From Cladosporium halotolerans (lineage: Eukaryota), in contig NW_027191487.1 in the NCBI RefSeq assembly GCF_011745625.1, positions 62,001 through 126,000 of the forward strand: a stretch of DNA of 64,000 bases, read 5' to 3'. Position 1 is the stretch's first letter, and each line of letters begins with the position of its first letter. Below, piece by piece: positions 10,801 to 21,429 of this stretch. The translations under genes and the position numbers were made by a program. A model generated the notes under the pieces. It saw only the letters and a list, made by a program, of their open reading frames with translations. It was not told where the DNA came from and ran no database searches.

Positions 10801-12213
10801 GGCAGCGAGTGCAGTGATCAATTGCTGTAATCTCTGTTTCAATGGTTCGAAAACCGTCTTCTTCCTCTCCGCGATAATGTGCAAATGCTCCAGTATAGCA
10901 ACAGCAAGTTTGCGCCCTGTACGCGCAAAGGCAGTCAAATCACGCCAGTAAATTTGCACCACAAGCATCCACAACGGTACTTTGTCCATAGAAGCCGAAG
11001 AGAAGGTCCGTACAAGCCAGTCCAGATACTCGTCTCGATCCAGTAAGCCCTCGCTGTAAAACGCAGAGGTAAGCTTGATGGCATAATCGATCTTTGCACG
11101 CCAGTTTGCTTGTCCGCAAGAATCCGCGACAGACTCAATGAACTGCTCGACCTGAACAGTCCAGTCTCGTATCCACTTGGCCTCGCCTTGTGCGGTGGAA
11201 GAACTACTCACGCCCTTCTTGCGGAAAGACCTGAGCTCGTTCGCTCCAACGCACTTGGCTAGCCAGACGGCGCGTTGCAGGGGAATGGATTTCGCAAGGC
11301 ATTGTTCCATGAGCAGCTTGCCGCGGATACCGTGAGGTATGGTCCTGCTTTGCCGGCGTAGAGGGATGTTTGTATTCGCCAAGTCTTTCAGCCAGGCCTC
11401 ACGCTTCGTATCTGTCACGGTGACTCGTGGAGGTGGCTTGAACGAGCTAGGAGCCGTACACTTGGCGAGGCTTTGCCGTTTGTCGAGTACTTGCGTGAAG
11501 AGGTGAGACAGCGTTGAAAGAGCAATGTTGTTCTTCTGGCTCAAGTTCGGCCAGATGCTTTGGCGAGCGCTGTTGCTTTCGTTCTGACCCGGTCCAGGCG
11601 GCTTGTCGGAGTATCCAGTCTTGATAACTTGTTCATTGAGAATGTCCTCCGGATGCAGGCCAGTCCAAGGGTTGAAGTCTGCGACCAGCTTCGGAGGGGG
11701 CAGCCGAGTCGCCATTGCTGGCGGATTGAGTCCCTTTGACTCTCGCGCTGGGTCGTTGGCCGGTCTCCTGGGAAGACTGCGCACCGGTGCCGTGAGTTTG
11801 CGGGGAGGGAAATCAAGAGATTCTCCGGGGACCTTGCTGTAGGCATCTCGCACGTCGTGACGCGCTGATTGAGCTTCTCCATGTTGTTCCGGGCTCTGCA
11901 CGAATGCAGCGTCCGCATCCAACCTCGCCTTTTTCCTCGGTCTAATTTCTTGCACATCTTCGTTCAACACAATGGTGTCCGAAGCACCTACCAACCCACT
12001 TCGATCCTGATTTTGCTGCCACACCTCAGCGTTCCACGCATCCGGGCCGTCAGCTGTCAAGTCGACGACATGACTTTGTCCCGAGGCTGATCGCACATTG
12101 CCCAAGCGCGGGACATTGTTCTGGCGATGTGTTGATTGCGGGTGGGAGCCGGGGGTGGAGCGCTGGGGTTGAGGTGGCCTTGTTGTATTGCCCAACGCTG
12201 ATGTATTCAACAT
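7867..12213 (-). CDS. MED12: Mediator CDK8-module subunit Med12 (Srb8), 1448 aa
   Basis: Med12 domain FKPPPRVTVTDTKREAWLKDLA...LRRQSRTIPHGIRGK...IPLQRAVWLAKCVGANE; fungal C-terminal motif PFPLRNWEIVPDSTPVMGENDTAVSLGLFGARKV. Confidence 0.93.
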   Translation of the reverse strand: MLNTSALGNTTRPPQPQRSTPGSHPQSTHRQNNVPRLGNVRSASGQSHVVDLTADGPDAWNAEVWQQNQDRSGLVGASDTIVLNEDVQEIRPRKKARLDADAAFVQSPEQHGEAQSARHDVRDAYSKVPGESLDFPPRKLTAPVRSLPRRPANDPARESKGLNPPAMATRLPPPKLVADFNPWTGLHPEDILNEQVIKTGYSDKPPGPGQNESNSARQSIWPNLSQKNNIALSTLSHLFTQVLDKRQSLAKCTAPSSFKPPPRVTVTDTKREAWLKDLANTNIPLRRQSRTIPHGIRGKLLMEQCLAKSIPLQRAVWLAKCVGANELRSFRKKGVSSSSTAQGEAKWIRDWTVQVEQFIESVADSCGQANWRAKIDYAIKLTSAFYSEGLLDRDEYLDWLVRTFSSASMDKVPLWMLVVQIYWRDLTAFARTGRKLAVAILEHLHIIAERKKTVFEPLKQRLQQLITALAATAKGCLVLPSTWAKYKRLLVQEETTQNTGVRPAVVDIIRRNEILAGPIGRTTDSTRSPLLGLYTMLDSVGLGVDMHKLSSKCLEVIPNHNELVRAVMHWSSTLYRRGHARVYIAAKIVATLHELGYDTDEAVLAYLRFPNSALPSEARQVWAVVGELARHDCFATGAYLQWIIASGAVFTSDKSSLATGLLATLPVENMPQRFRNLRTTLLARLGQVENDESIENAKREIELALESTHARSIDIQMTLLNLPESAKMVLRSWTHAKIKDMGQDSNISPVTFIALRSVLESLGDISTLTSLVENAVRTEDVRLLASVTDTVNMHALEFAVLGSFRHMVDLLVQQHKALRSQNLDRKFLLALTALVDRCPEKANIAKLLQSDLAAHEQQNSAAVCSPASDNLVGMQAGNLDSTAEIDAVFASGNSMDEQTMQRVFLRVIERSGKADADLTGAESGIDRWLNQLRSVDSAGFEKLAKDYVAATVHKGQADHAALSGVMALAASRCLSFDKVAALGAQAPLKSAAIVLQLLAGPSPSSGLGVPEVYAFRLQQQRYCDERPEEVASLLRKVADDPAFAFDAEGVIDLILRIITRHPGKLGKSFSDHQHSQAAQQAAARICKILLSQDQASTVAEIDACEVIKSANALNAPFTIGWLRVFSSGQAAAGAGKDEAVKSALLKAVAERSEVWPQLLSAAKPDSLKEIHTWARGRILAEITALQENRAQAGGELNDQLCEVLDVTYSSVKSEDDAAVLAVLTEKLKLQEKQLSDVNITATDCQDKLQTMSRTLSILLHLCTLPAQTAPPTDAAKQSRINLLIALCTLLSHPRLQMRQPLLDHILDVAALHADSLTHEALSALARHTPLTNPRVLFLLGSHGTATSTSAYPTVALASRVQQPAQTQQQRALARQQQQRLPQPHQQPQQGSSAAASRIPPSPAARQQTAEVKLTPFPLRNWEIVPDSTPVMGENDTAVSLGLFGARKV

Positions 12214-14366
12214 GACACTGTAGGTCGCCCATGCGCGCAGGTGGTGGACATTGCTCCGCGGGCTGACGAGTTGCGGGTACGCTTAACGAGCCATCTTAAT
12301 GGCAGTTCGGGCGAAGATGGCGAAGCGCATGACGTGCGCGGTGGTGTCGAGAATGCGTTGTCAGGTAGAGGAGGGTCGAGTCGGGGCAACGACGGTGCAG
12401 CACGAATAGCAGTAGTAGTACACAGAGGGCGGCGAGGCGGCGGGAGTAGGAAGCAGTGAGACAAAGCGCATAAACGGCGGCACACGGGAAGGTAAACCCG
12501 GGGACAGGGACAAGGCCGGCCGGGGAGGACAGCGCAGCGCACTCAGGCGGCGTGCACAGGAGGAGGCGCGAGTGGAGGATGGGCGGTAGATGGCGTACGG
12601 GTGCCTCGGGACGATGGCGCGGCAGGCCGTTGCTGGCGGAGGGCCGGCGGGTGCGCTGAGCGCTGAGTGCTCGAGATGTGCAGGTGTGTGAGCACGGGCG
12701 ACGCGGCGGCGAGGCGACGGCGATCCCAGCAGCAGCGCGCAGGCGATCGGGGGCAGAGCCGGGCGCGCGAGGAGAGCCAGGGCTGGCTGCGACAGCGCGA
12801 GGGCTGATGCACGTCGGCGCTGCTCGCCAGTGGCTTGACACGCTTGACACCTTATCGCCTCAACTTACCGCCCGCGCTCGGCGCCACTGCGACCAGCGAG
12901 GATCTGCCTTTTGTCCCCGTCACAAACACCATCGCCTGACCGCCTGCGCCTGCCCGCGTCAGCTTGATTGTCCTTGCGATACGTAACCCGCGCTGGCAGC
13001 GCTGGCCGGCAGACACCTGCCCGAGCTGGCCTGGACGCCTGGCCGGACGTCGACGGTGCTGACATCAACCGACGTCTCTGCCCATCGTGTAAGCAAAGCA
13101 AAGGCTTCCAAGCCCGCCAAGGTCTTCACCAGTCGCCGTGTGCGATATTCGGGCCATCTCGCGTTGTGGCCTGCGGCGTAAATCTTGTTGCAGCCCAGCC
13201 GAGATCGACGTCTTGTTGGGCGAGTGCAAACAATAGCTGTCCTTCACATATCTGATCAGAGCCACGTGCATAGACCACAGACCTGGGTTTCGTCCGCTAC
13301 AGCCCCATCGGGTCAGATAGATGGTCGCCCCAAAAGGTGTGTACAAAGGTAGCCATCCACATCCATCATGTCCGGCTCGGCATATCACTACTGCCATTAT
13401 GAGCATCCTTTGCCGCGCTATCGTGATCGTGGCTTGTTCAACCAGAGCGCGATCCCGGCGGAAAGAACTTCCGTCTCATTCACGTTTGCAATACCTAATA
13501 TCTGCCAGTCCCGCAAGTCCGATAAACCAAAACTGAAGCCCACCTGCCCGATTTACCCATCTCGGATCGCCAGGGTACGTATTCATAAAACCGAAGTACC
13601 TACCTAAGCGAACCGCGGCCGCCCTTTGCTCCCCGGACAAGCAGGCTGATCTTCGCCAATCTTCACCCTTGCTTTGCCCTGCTTGTGCATCCAGGTCCGC
13701 GGCCTCTGTTCCGGTGCACACGCTTTTCTGTGCATAGCCGCTGTCCAACGGGATGCTGTCGAGCGGTAATCATCATGTGTCTGTACTCATGTTTACTCTG
13801 TAGGTATTATTGAACAATTAAAACAGCAGATGGATATCCCTTTGCATGAGACATCCGCTGCTACAAACGTAATACTCAGTACATGTTCGTCTTCCACAAA
13901 ACGCCCCCGTGGCACACAGGCGTGCGATAGACAGCAGGTGGTGTCACACCGGCTGAAGCGTAAGCACGCGGTCGAATGCAAGATTCTCAACCGCACCAAA
14001 CCCTTTGCACATGCCATTCGAACCAGATACACAATGCGCAGATCCAGACTCTACATTTCGCGCCTGGACTGCAAACACATAGACACTCAAAGTATCCCGT
14101 AAACCCGTCGCGTCCAGGTCCCGCGGGCAAAAAGGCTAAAGCATCCCCGCTGCGCGGAGAGAGAGGGCTGCGCGCCCAGGCCCGCTGCAAGCGGGTCCAG
14201 CCTCGTTGGAACGACAGCTTGGCCTCCGGGGAGAGCGCATGCGAGACCTCACTACCACCGCGCCACGTGCCACATATCGCATATCCAAACCTTGCATTGT
14301 TCCACCTCATTGTTGAAGCAATATACGACATCAACCAGCACGTGATCTTGTATAAGACGTTCAAAG

Positions 14367-14970
14367 ATGGCATCCAAGAAAGATATGAGGAGGGAGGAGC
14401 TCAGTACGTCCCATTGCGACCCTTCATCCAGACCCTGCAAACCCATACAATCACAAAAAAAGCTAACTAATAAACCCCCCAGTCGTCCCCTACACCGAGC
14501 CTCCGACCGACAAAGACGCCAGCGACTTCCAAGGCACCATCTCGTCCACCCTCCCCATGGCCGCAGTACGTCCCGCCCTGCAAGGCCCCAAACCCCCCTT
14601 CCTATCTTCTCTCAAATCCAACTCAATGCTAACACCCACCTTCCCAGATCTTCACCCGTAACAAAATGATCGGCTGGACAGCCGTGATCTTCGCGATCCA
14701 AGGCTGGCTGGGCGAGACGCCCGCGCAAGCCGCCGCGGCCACCACCCCGGCCTACCTGCAAGTCGGCATGGCGGCCATGTCGCTCGGTGTTGTACGTTTC
14801 ACTTACTTTCCATTCCTTGTGGAATCGGAGGGGCTTTCCCCTGGCGGGTTGTGAGTGCGATTTGCTGACTTGATGTGCTACGACAGGCCTACATGCCCCT
14901 TTTCCTGCCTCCCAGCGTGGGCGGCGCGGGTTCGTCCTCGACGGGACCGGCAGCGCCGAGTGCTGCGTGA
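14367..14970 (+). CDS. Asterix/PAT10 (UPF0139)-like ER membrane chaperone subunit; exons 14367-14403, 14483-14565, 14648-14791, 14887-14970
   Basis: Three GTACGT...CAG introns with CTAAC/CTGAC branch sites give MASKKDMRREELIVPYTEPP...STLPMAAIFTRNKMIGWTAVIFAIQGWLGE...AYLQVGMAAMSLGVAYMPLFLPP...*, matching the DxRRxxxxxxY start and three short TM segments recalled for Asterix. Not visible as one ORF in the track. Confidence 0.82.
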
Positions 14971-15263
14971 TAGATACGGGCAGTATGGAATTCTTTCCTG
15001 GGAGTCATGCTGTAATTTCATAGCGTTGTACATGTTTGGGGTTATTAGGAAGGTTTGAAGATTTTATACAGATGGGTGGTTTTCTACGATTTCTCCCAAG
15101 AAGGCCATATCCCAACACCCCGAGGCTGTAGTTGAAGAGCCTCATGAGAGCCAATGGCTCCGGTCTGAAACGCCTGAATCTAGCTACAGTATGCCACAAA
15201 AGCCCAACCCCGTCCGCGCCATGCATGTTGAAAGAATCATTTAAAAGTAGTAGAGGAAAGGAT

Positions 15264-16502
15264 CTATGTGCTCTTCAAAGCAGCAAGCTGCGCCGCGCTC
15301 TCGGCAGCGAAGAGCTCGCTCTTCTTCGCCCTCTTCTTCAGCACGTTCTCAATGAACGCCTCGCCGGCCTTGTAACTGCTGCGAACCAGGGGTCCAGAAG
15401 CGCAGTACATGAAGCCCAAGTCGAGCGCGCGCTGGCGCCAGAGCTCGAACGTCGCGGGCGTGACGTACTCCTCGACCTTCATGTGGCGCTTGGTGGGCCG
15501 CATGTACTGGCCGAACGTGACGACGTCGACGCCGACGCTGCGCAGCTGCTTCAGCGTGTCCCACAGCTGCTCCTCCGTCTCGCCCAGGCCGAGCATGATG
15601 GAGGTTTTGGTGATGAGCTCCGGACGGGCTTCCTTGGCGGCGCGCAGGACGGAGAGGGACTGGGCGAAAGTGGCGCGGCGGTCGCGGACGTAGGGCGTGA
15701 GCTGGGGCGTGGTCTCGACGTTGTGCGCGTAGACGTCCAGGCCGGAGCGGGCTACCAGCGCGACTTGCTCGAGGTCGCCGGAGTAGTCTCCTGTGAGCGC
15801 TTCGACGAGGGTTGTCGGCGACTTCTGCTTGATCTTAATGATTGTCTCGGCGAAGTGGCGGGCGCCGCCGTCTACCAGGTCGTCGCGGTCAACGCTGGTC
15901 AGGACAACGTAGCCCAAACCCCATCGCGAAAGAGCCTCGGCGGTGTTCTCTGGCTCGTGCGGGTCGAGAGGCGGAGGCGCACGAGATGTCTTGACCGAGC
16001 AGAAGCGGCAGCCTCTTGTGCACGTATCTCCCATCAACATGATCGTCGCCGTCGCCGCGCTTTTGTCGCTACCACCCCAGCAGTCCGAAATGTTGGGGCA
16101 TTTTGCTTCCTCGCACACAGTGTGCAGACCCAATCCTCGCAAATCGTTCTTGATCTTCTTGAAGTTGTTGTTGCTAGGAATGGGCGTCTTCAACCATTCC
16201 GGCAACCGGGTGTGTTCTCGCTTGCGACCCTTGGGGCCGACTTGCACAGTCTTGAGCTCGAGTGCCTCCTCCGGCGAGATGGGCTCATCTGGCTTGCCCC
16301 CTACAAAGTCCGCGAACGAAGGCCCAGCATTGAGACGGTCGGAGAATTTGCTCGAAGGTCTGGGCTTTGTAGATGTTGGTGTGACGGTTGAGGGCTCGTT
16401 GACAGTGGTGGCGAAGCAGCGCTTCTGGGGAATGAGAGAGGGTCTGGTGTCAAAAAGCGCAGAAGCGACGAAGCGTCTTGTCGGGGGTCGGATGGCGGCC
16501 AT
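15264..16502 (-). CDS. LIP5: Mitochondrial lipoyl synthase (radical SAM)
   Basis: [12 protein letters not shown] (CX4CX5C), CTRGCRFC (CX3CX2C), RLPEWLK, AHNVET, GQYMRP, VRSSY; Arg-rich presequence from ATG 16502 ([10 protein letters not shown]). Confidence 0.96.
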   Translation of the reverse strand: MAAIRPPTRRFVASALFDTRPSLIPQKRCFATTVNEPSTVTPTSTKPRPSSKFSDRLNAGPSFADFVGGKPDEPISPEEALELKTVQVGPKGRKREHTRLPEWLKTPIPSNNNFKKIKNDLRGLGLHTVCEEAKCPNISDCWGGSDKSAATATIMLMGDTCTRGCRFCSVKTSRAPPPLDPHEPENTAEALSRWGLGYVVLTSVDRDDLVDGGARHFAETIIKIKQKSPTTLVEALTGDYSGDLEQVALVARSGLDVYAHNVETTPQLTPYVRDRRATFAQSLSVLRAAKEARPELITKTSIMLGLGETEEQLWDTLKQLRSVGVDVVTFGQYMRPTKRHMKVEEYVTPATFELWRQRALDLGFMYCASGPLVRSSYKAGEAFIENVLKKRAKKSELFAAESAAQLAALKST

Positions 16503-16990
16503 GTTGTGTGTATGCGGTGTGTAGAATGAATGTGTCTGCGCGATGCTGCGCTGAAAGTCGCCTGACAGTTCCGATGATTTGGATAGGGCGCGCAAGGGTT
16601 CAAGTTTCAATGCGGGAAGCGCCGGCGATAACCGCTGCTCCGCCGCCACCGGCGATCTCGTAAGCCGGGAGATCACGACCAATGTGAGATATTCGACCCG
16701 GGCATCTTCTTCGCAGCCATGCTAAAGATCTCTTGCACACGGTCTGAGGCAAGATGGTATTGCAGTTGCAATAGCATTGATTTGTGCAGAGTATCGCTCA
16801 GTTGCCATCGTTATCCGCCCGTAATTGAGCAAGCATCTCAGCTCGAGACGTCCAGACATCAATTCGCCGCCAACCGCTGACGCCTTCCGCCCCACCCAAG
16901 CTTGCCCGCATCGCCACGCTGCTCGGCTGTGACTTGTCTCGTCATACATCCGATCCAGATCGTTGTTGCAGTCTCAAAAGCACGTGTGTC

Positions 16991-17592
16991 ATGACAGAAG
17001 CAACAGCAGCCGACAGCGGCGATGGAAACAGCTTCTCTGCTCGTCTGTTTGAGGGCGAGAAGTTTCTTTCAGAGGAAGATGTCTACGTTTCACTGACCTA
17101 CGACGAGCTCGATGCCAAAGCCATGATGGACCGAGTAAAAAGTCCCAAAGCGGGCGCTGTAGTTTTGTTCGCTGGTACGTGTGAATTTCCCTCGTCGGGT
17201 TGTCACGCCTCACTGACAGCACACAGTAAGCTAAACTGTAGGTCTCTGTAGGTTGTACCCGAGACTCCTTCGCTGGAGAAACAGTCACACATCTCGCATA
17301 TTCTTCATACCCGCCTCTTGCCCTCCGCACACTTCAGAAGATAGCTCGTTCCATACGCGAGAAGCACGAACTTGTAGCTATTGCGATTACCCATCGCCTG
17401 GGCAAGGTCGACATTGGGGAAGAGAGCATTTTGATTGCCGTCTCGTCGGCTCACCGGCAAGCTGCTTGGAAGGCAGGCGAGGAATGCTTGGAAGAGGTCA
17501 AGGAGAAAGTCGAAGTGTGGAAAGAGGAGTGGTTTGCTGATGGAGGTGTGTGGAGAGCGAATCGGGATGGGCAAGCCGGTGTCCGAGTGTGA
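16991..17592 (+). CDS. MOCS2B: Molybdopterin synthase catalytic subunit (MoaE/MOCS2B/CnxH); intron 17175-17251
   Basis: Spliced product SPKAGAVVLFAGCTRDSF...LAYSSYPPLA...HRLGKVDIGEESILIAVSSAHRQAAW...KEKVEVWKEE...WRAN carries the MoaE motifs. Intron GTACGT...TAG. Confidence 0.92.
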
Positions 17593-17717
17593 GCTGCACA
17601 GCTGGGCAGCTGCGTCGGCAGCCCCTGCCTCCCTGGACCTTCTTCAAATGGTAGAAAGTGTTCGTTGATATCGTTCATATTGTACAGAGCTTCATGCTTC
17701 ATGCTTCATGCCATGGG

Positions 17718-18359
17718 TCACTTGCGACCAACCAGCGCGTTTGCATCCGCCTTCGCCTGCTCCTTCTTCTCCATCTCCATCAGCTTGTCCACTATCTCAT
17801 CCTTGATATTCCCATAGCCGTCCTTTCGGCTCAGAATCTCAGCTACCCAGTTTTCAAGCTCTTGGTCCGCCTCTGATTCCCCTCCATAGACGTCAAATCC
17901 CACACCCCTCCGCACCTTCTCCCGCAAATCCTCGACGTCCGCAATATCGAAGTAGATAAAGCCTGCGCCTATCGCAGTCATGAATACAGAGACAGTATTC
18001 ATTGTCGCGAGTGCCAATGCTTGCGCCGCGTCTAAGCCTGCCTCAGGCTTTGGAATCGGTGTGTTCGAAGGCGTGAAAGTCGTGGGCGTTGGTAGGCGCT
18101 TGCGGATGAGTGCTCGGCGTGTCACCCACGCGCTCAGCATGGTAAACCCAAGTCCGCCGAAGAAGAGCGCATTTTGCCTCCGAGCTCGTCTCGCCGGGTC
18201 TATGCGCTCGAGTGCTGCTGATGTGACGGAGGGCTTGATCTGAGCTCGTCGCAGTTGCTCTTCCGTTTGAGCTGGTTTCTCGAGAGGAAGAGGAGGCGCT
18301 AGTGCCTGTCGGCGGGCACGCAGATCGCCTGGTGCGAGATACCGGTCCCAGAAAGACAT
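17718..18359 (-). CDS. AIM11: AIM11-like mitochondrial membrane protein
   Basis: From ATG 18359 (MSFWDRY): RRQNALFFGGLGFTMLSAWVTRRA...AAQALALATMN...FDIADVEDLR; two hydrophobic segments as recalled for the Aim11 family. Confidence 0.72.
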   Translation of the reverse strand: MSFWDRYLAPGDLRARRQALAPPLPLEKPAQTEEQLRRAQIKPSVTSAALERIDPARRARRQNALFFGGLGFTMLSAWVTRRALIRKRLPTPTTFTPSNTPIPKPEAGLDAAQALALATMNTVSVFMTAIGAGFIYFDIADVEDLREKVRRGVGFDVYGGESEADQELENWVAEILSRKDGYGNIKDEIVDKLMEMEKKEQAKADANALVGRK

Positions 18360-19080
18360 CTGAGTGAGTGTGGTGTAGCGTTCTGTTGGTGAAGATCGTC
18401 CGTCAATGTTTTGATTCCAGGGTCTCGAACGGATGGTGGTGGACCTGCCTCGGCTTGCTTCCGATTTGGGCTGCTCGCAGGGCTTCGGTTCCCCAGACTG
18501 CAGTCGCGCGGCGCTGGACGTCAGCTGTCGCTGTTGCTGCCCATCCGTGCTCTCGACATCAAACAACATCAACGACAAACGCTCTCCTCGCATTACGATA
18601 TTTGATCAGACCACTCGCGTGGAAACGCCTCTCATATTCTCATACCTTGTTCGGATCCCTCTTTCGTCTCGCACTCCTCAAACCTCAAGAGCTAGGAACG
18701 GATAGCGGACGAGGACACAAGCTGCTAGTCGCTGACAGATCTCGGGAGACGACTGCACTGCGATCGAGCCTAATTTTCCATTTCATTACCGCGGCTCTGT
18801 CTGTGAGCCTTGTTTCTGCCGTTTCTGTACACTTCGCTTATGTACGTATCGACCATGGAGATCTATGGATGTCGTCAGGAGATTGTTGGGTGGAAGCGCG
18901 ATGAAGATTCTCTTTTCTGTGTACTTATTCTGACATGATCGATTCAGACCTCGTATCACGTGGAGCAAAGTGTACATACCCAGGAACAGGGCGGTTACGG
19001 TAAAGCGGACCAGTCGCACACATTGACTTGACCGTTCCTTTAGTTAGCTTTCGCTAGCGCGTCGTCGCATCTCACACACC

Positions 19081-20298
19081 ATGTCTGGCGAGGACGATAC
19101 CTTCGACATCGACATCTACGGTGACGAAGAGGAGACACAGCAGCAAGACCAGCAGCAGCAAGGAGGAGACGACTTTGACTACACGTACGACGAAGCAAAA
19201 GAGCAGGCAAACAGCACAGAACAGAATGGACAACAAAGCGAGAACAACATCTCAAACGCCGGCGAAAGCACCAAAACGCCCCAGGAATCCAGCCAGTCAA
19301 CTCCCCAGACATCCATCAAACCCCAGCAAAGCCTCAAACGCAAAGCCGAAGACGAGCCCGAGGACTCATCCCAACACCGACCCAGCCAAACCCCTACAGC
19401 CCCTGACGGCCGCCCTCTAGACCCCGGCGCCCTCCCATCCCTCAAACTCTCCGAGCTCCACTGGTGGACGACCGAAGAGGACATCCGGGCCTTCTGCGCC
19501 GCGGCCAACACCGAGGACGAACTCCGCGAACTCGCCTTCGGCGAGCACAAAATCAACGGCAAAAGCCGAGGCGAAGCGTACCTAGAGTTTACCTCGGCCG
19601 CCGCAGCAACAGCGACGAAGCGCGAAGTCGAGCGCGCGAACGCCGACAGCGCGGCCAAAGAGCCCGGCGCGGGCCCCAAGGACAAGTTCCAGGCATGGTA
19701 CACGCCCATGGGCAACCCGTACCGCGGCAAAGACGGCGCGGTCGGCGACAAGAAGTTCGGCGGCCAGGCGGGCAAGTTCAACAACCAGGGCGGCGCGTAC
19801 AACAACAGCTACCAGAACCGTGGGAACTTCGGCGGTGGTGGTCGCGGTGGCTATAACCGCGGAGGGTACAACAACAACAACATGATGGGTCGTGGTGGCG
19901 GCGGCGTTGGTGGCCAGTGGGGCATGAACGGTGCGGCGGGCGGGTTCCAGAACCCCATGATGGCAGGCTATGGGAACATGGGAGGCTACGGCAACATGGC
20001 TGGCAACATGGGCTACAACAACATGATGGGCGGCCGCGGTGGAATGATGAACAACATGATGGGTGGAGGCCGCGGAGGGTTCAACGGCATGAACGCCATG
20101 GGCATGGGCAACATGGGCGGCATGGGAGGAATGGGCAATATGATGGGTGGCATGGGAGCAATGGGCGGCATGGGCATGAACAATGGCGGAAGAGGCGGGG
20201 GTATGATGGGTCGAGGAGGCTGGAATGGCGGTATGGGCATGGGGGGCCAGGGCATGCAAGGAGGTGGCGGTGGGAACAAAAAGCCGCGCATGGAGTGA
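19081..20298 (+). CDS. RRM protein resembling cleavage factor Im 68-kDa subunit (CPSF6/7-like), with RGG/Gly-Met-Asn low-complexity tail
   Basis: N-terminal DIDIYGD and RRM LSELHWWTTEEDI...FGEHKINGKSRGEAYLEF resemble CPSF6 (HIDIY; NLTWWTTDEDL...NGQSKGFA); ends in KKPRME (NLS-like). Confidence 0.75.
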   Translation: MSGEDDTFDIDIYGDEEETQQQDQQQQGGDDFDYTYDEAKEQANSTEQNGQQSENNISNAGESTKTPQESSQSTPQTSIKPQQSLKRKAEDEPEDSSQHRPSQTPTAPDGRPLDPGALPSLKLSELHWWTTEEDIRAFCAAANTEDELRELAFGEHKINGKSRGEAYLEFTSAAAATATKREVERANADSAAKEPGAGPKDKFQAWYTPMGNPYRGKDGAVGDKKFGGQAGKFNNQGGAYNNSYQNRGNFGGGGRGGYNRGGYNNNNMMGRGGGGVGGQWGMNGAAGGFQNPMMAGYGNMGGYGNMAGNMGYNNMMGGRGGMMNNMMGGGRGGFNGMNAMGMGNMGGMGGMGNMMGGMGAMGGMGMNNGGRGGGMMGRGGWNGGMGMGGQGMQGGGGGNKKPRME

Positions 20299-21130
20299 TG
20301 CTTCAACTCCATGTTGCTGCGCCGAGAAAGTTTGAACATTCGAAAATCATTCTGACCACCACACCAGATTAGCGGGTGGCATCGTCTAGCGCGGAGTTTG
20401 GGTTTCTCGGGGCATGGATTATGGCATGTGTTCTACGGGGAGGCAGGTTCTGGTAATGATGGCGTTTATGGAACTGGAGATACACTATGGAAATGCTCAA
20501 TTCATGGATTCCATCTTTTCTTCGTTATCAATGTATACAGTACGAGCTCCAGCCGGTATCTTGTTTACAACGCAGCGTCTACCTTCTGCTGATTCCATCG
20601 TTTCGTATCTGACCTACGTCGTGCGCTTATCACCACAGGCGCAGTCGTTACGAAGATGAGTCCATTCTTTCAGACAAGATTTCCGTTCGAAAGTATTGAA
20701 TAGCTCTCGTCTAATCTCGAAGGGAATAAATGGAATAAATAAATGTTGACTCGAGATTTCTCCATGTGCGACAACCCACTAGCGTCCGATTCGAATAAGC
20801 CAATCATCTGCCTACTTAGTCCTAGGTGAAGTGAAGTAGCGTGTCCGCGACTGCGCCTTCGATGTCGAACATAAAATGATTTAATAGATTTTGGGGACTC
20901 GACTTTCTCCATCATGCAGCCACCCGTTAGCTTCTCTCCTCCCGTGCCCAATCAGCTGCCGGGCTCGCCGTCCGTCGCGCAGGTGAAGTGAAGTGGCTGT
21001 TTTCGCTATTGCTCTCGCGCGCGCGAGCGCCCTCGGGGCAGCGAGAGCCCTCACAGCTAGAAGCTCGGCGAGAAGCGGTATCTCGTTGACATGCTGTCGG
21101 GCCCCGCTTGCCACAAAGGGTCAGATATCG

Positions 21131-21338
21131 ACGCGTGACAGCCGTGGAAAAGGCGTTGATGGTCAGAAGAGGTTGTTAGACCGCATTGCTTCCATGACAG
21201 ACCTTCGTGAGATCGACCTCAACACGAATGCGAAGAACTATCGTGGTCAATTTGTTACCATCGAGAACGCGGAGGCCCGAGCTCGTGAGATCTGGACGTC
21301 ATCAACACCAAATAGATTAGATAAGATCTCGGACGCGT
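21131..21338. promoter_or_regulatory. Two MCB (ACGCGT) boxes upstream of REV3
   Basis: ACGCGT at 21131-21136 and 21333-21338, 327 and 125 nt before the REV3 ATG; MBF-type element of fungal DNA replication/repair genes. Function is inferred. Confidence 0.45.
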
Positions 21339-21429
21339 AGAGTGCCAACATGTAACCAAACACCTTCACCCTTCAGTCGTCGTTCCAAGCTCTTCTCAGC
21401 AAGCGCTCTCTCCACATGTGTCCAAGATC

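Noticed and set aside
15132..16391. 419-aa plus-strand ORF antisense to LIP5
   Set aside because: Shadow ORF caused by GC-rich codon usage of LIP5; no motifs. The same applies to the antisense ORFs over SER2, SED5, REV3, the Zn2Cys6 TF and the two giant ORFs.
20993..21340. 115-aa ORF upstream of REV3
   Set aside because: Non-ATG start, no recognisable motif, and it overlaps the probable REV3 promoter.
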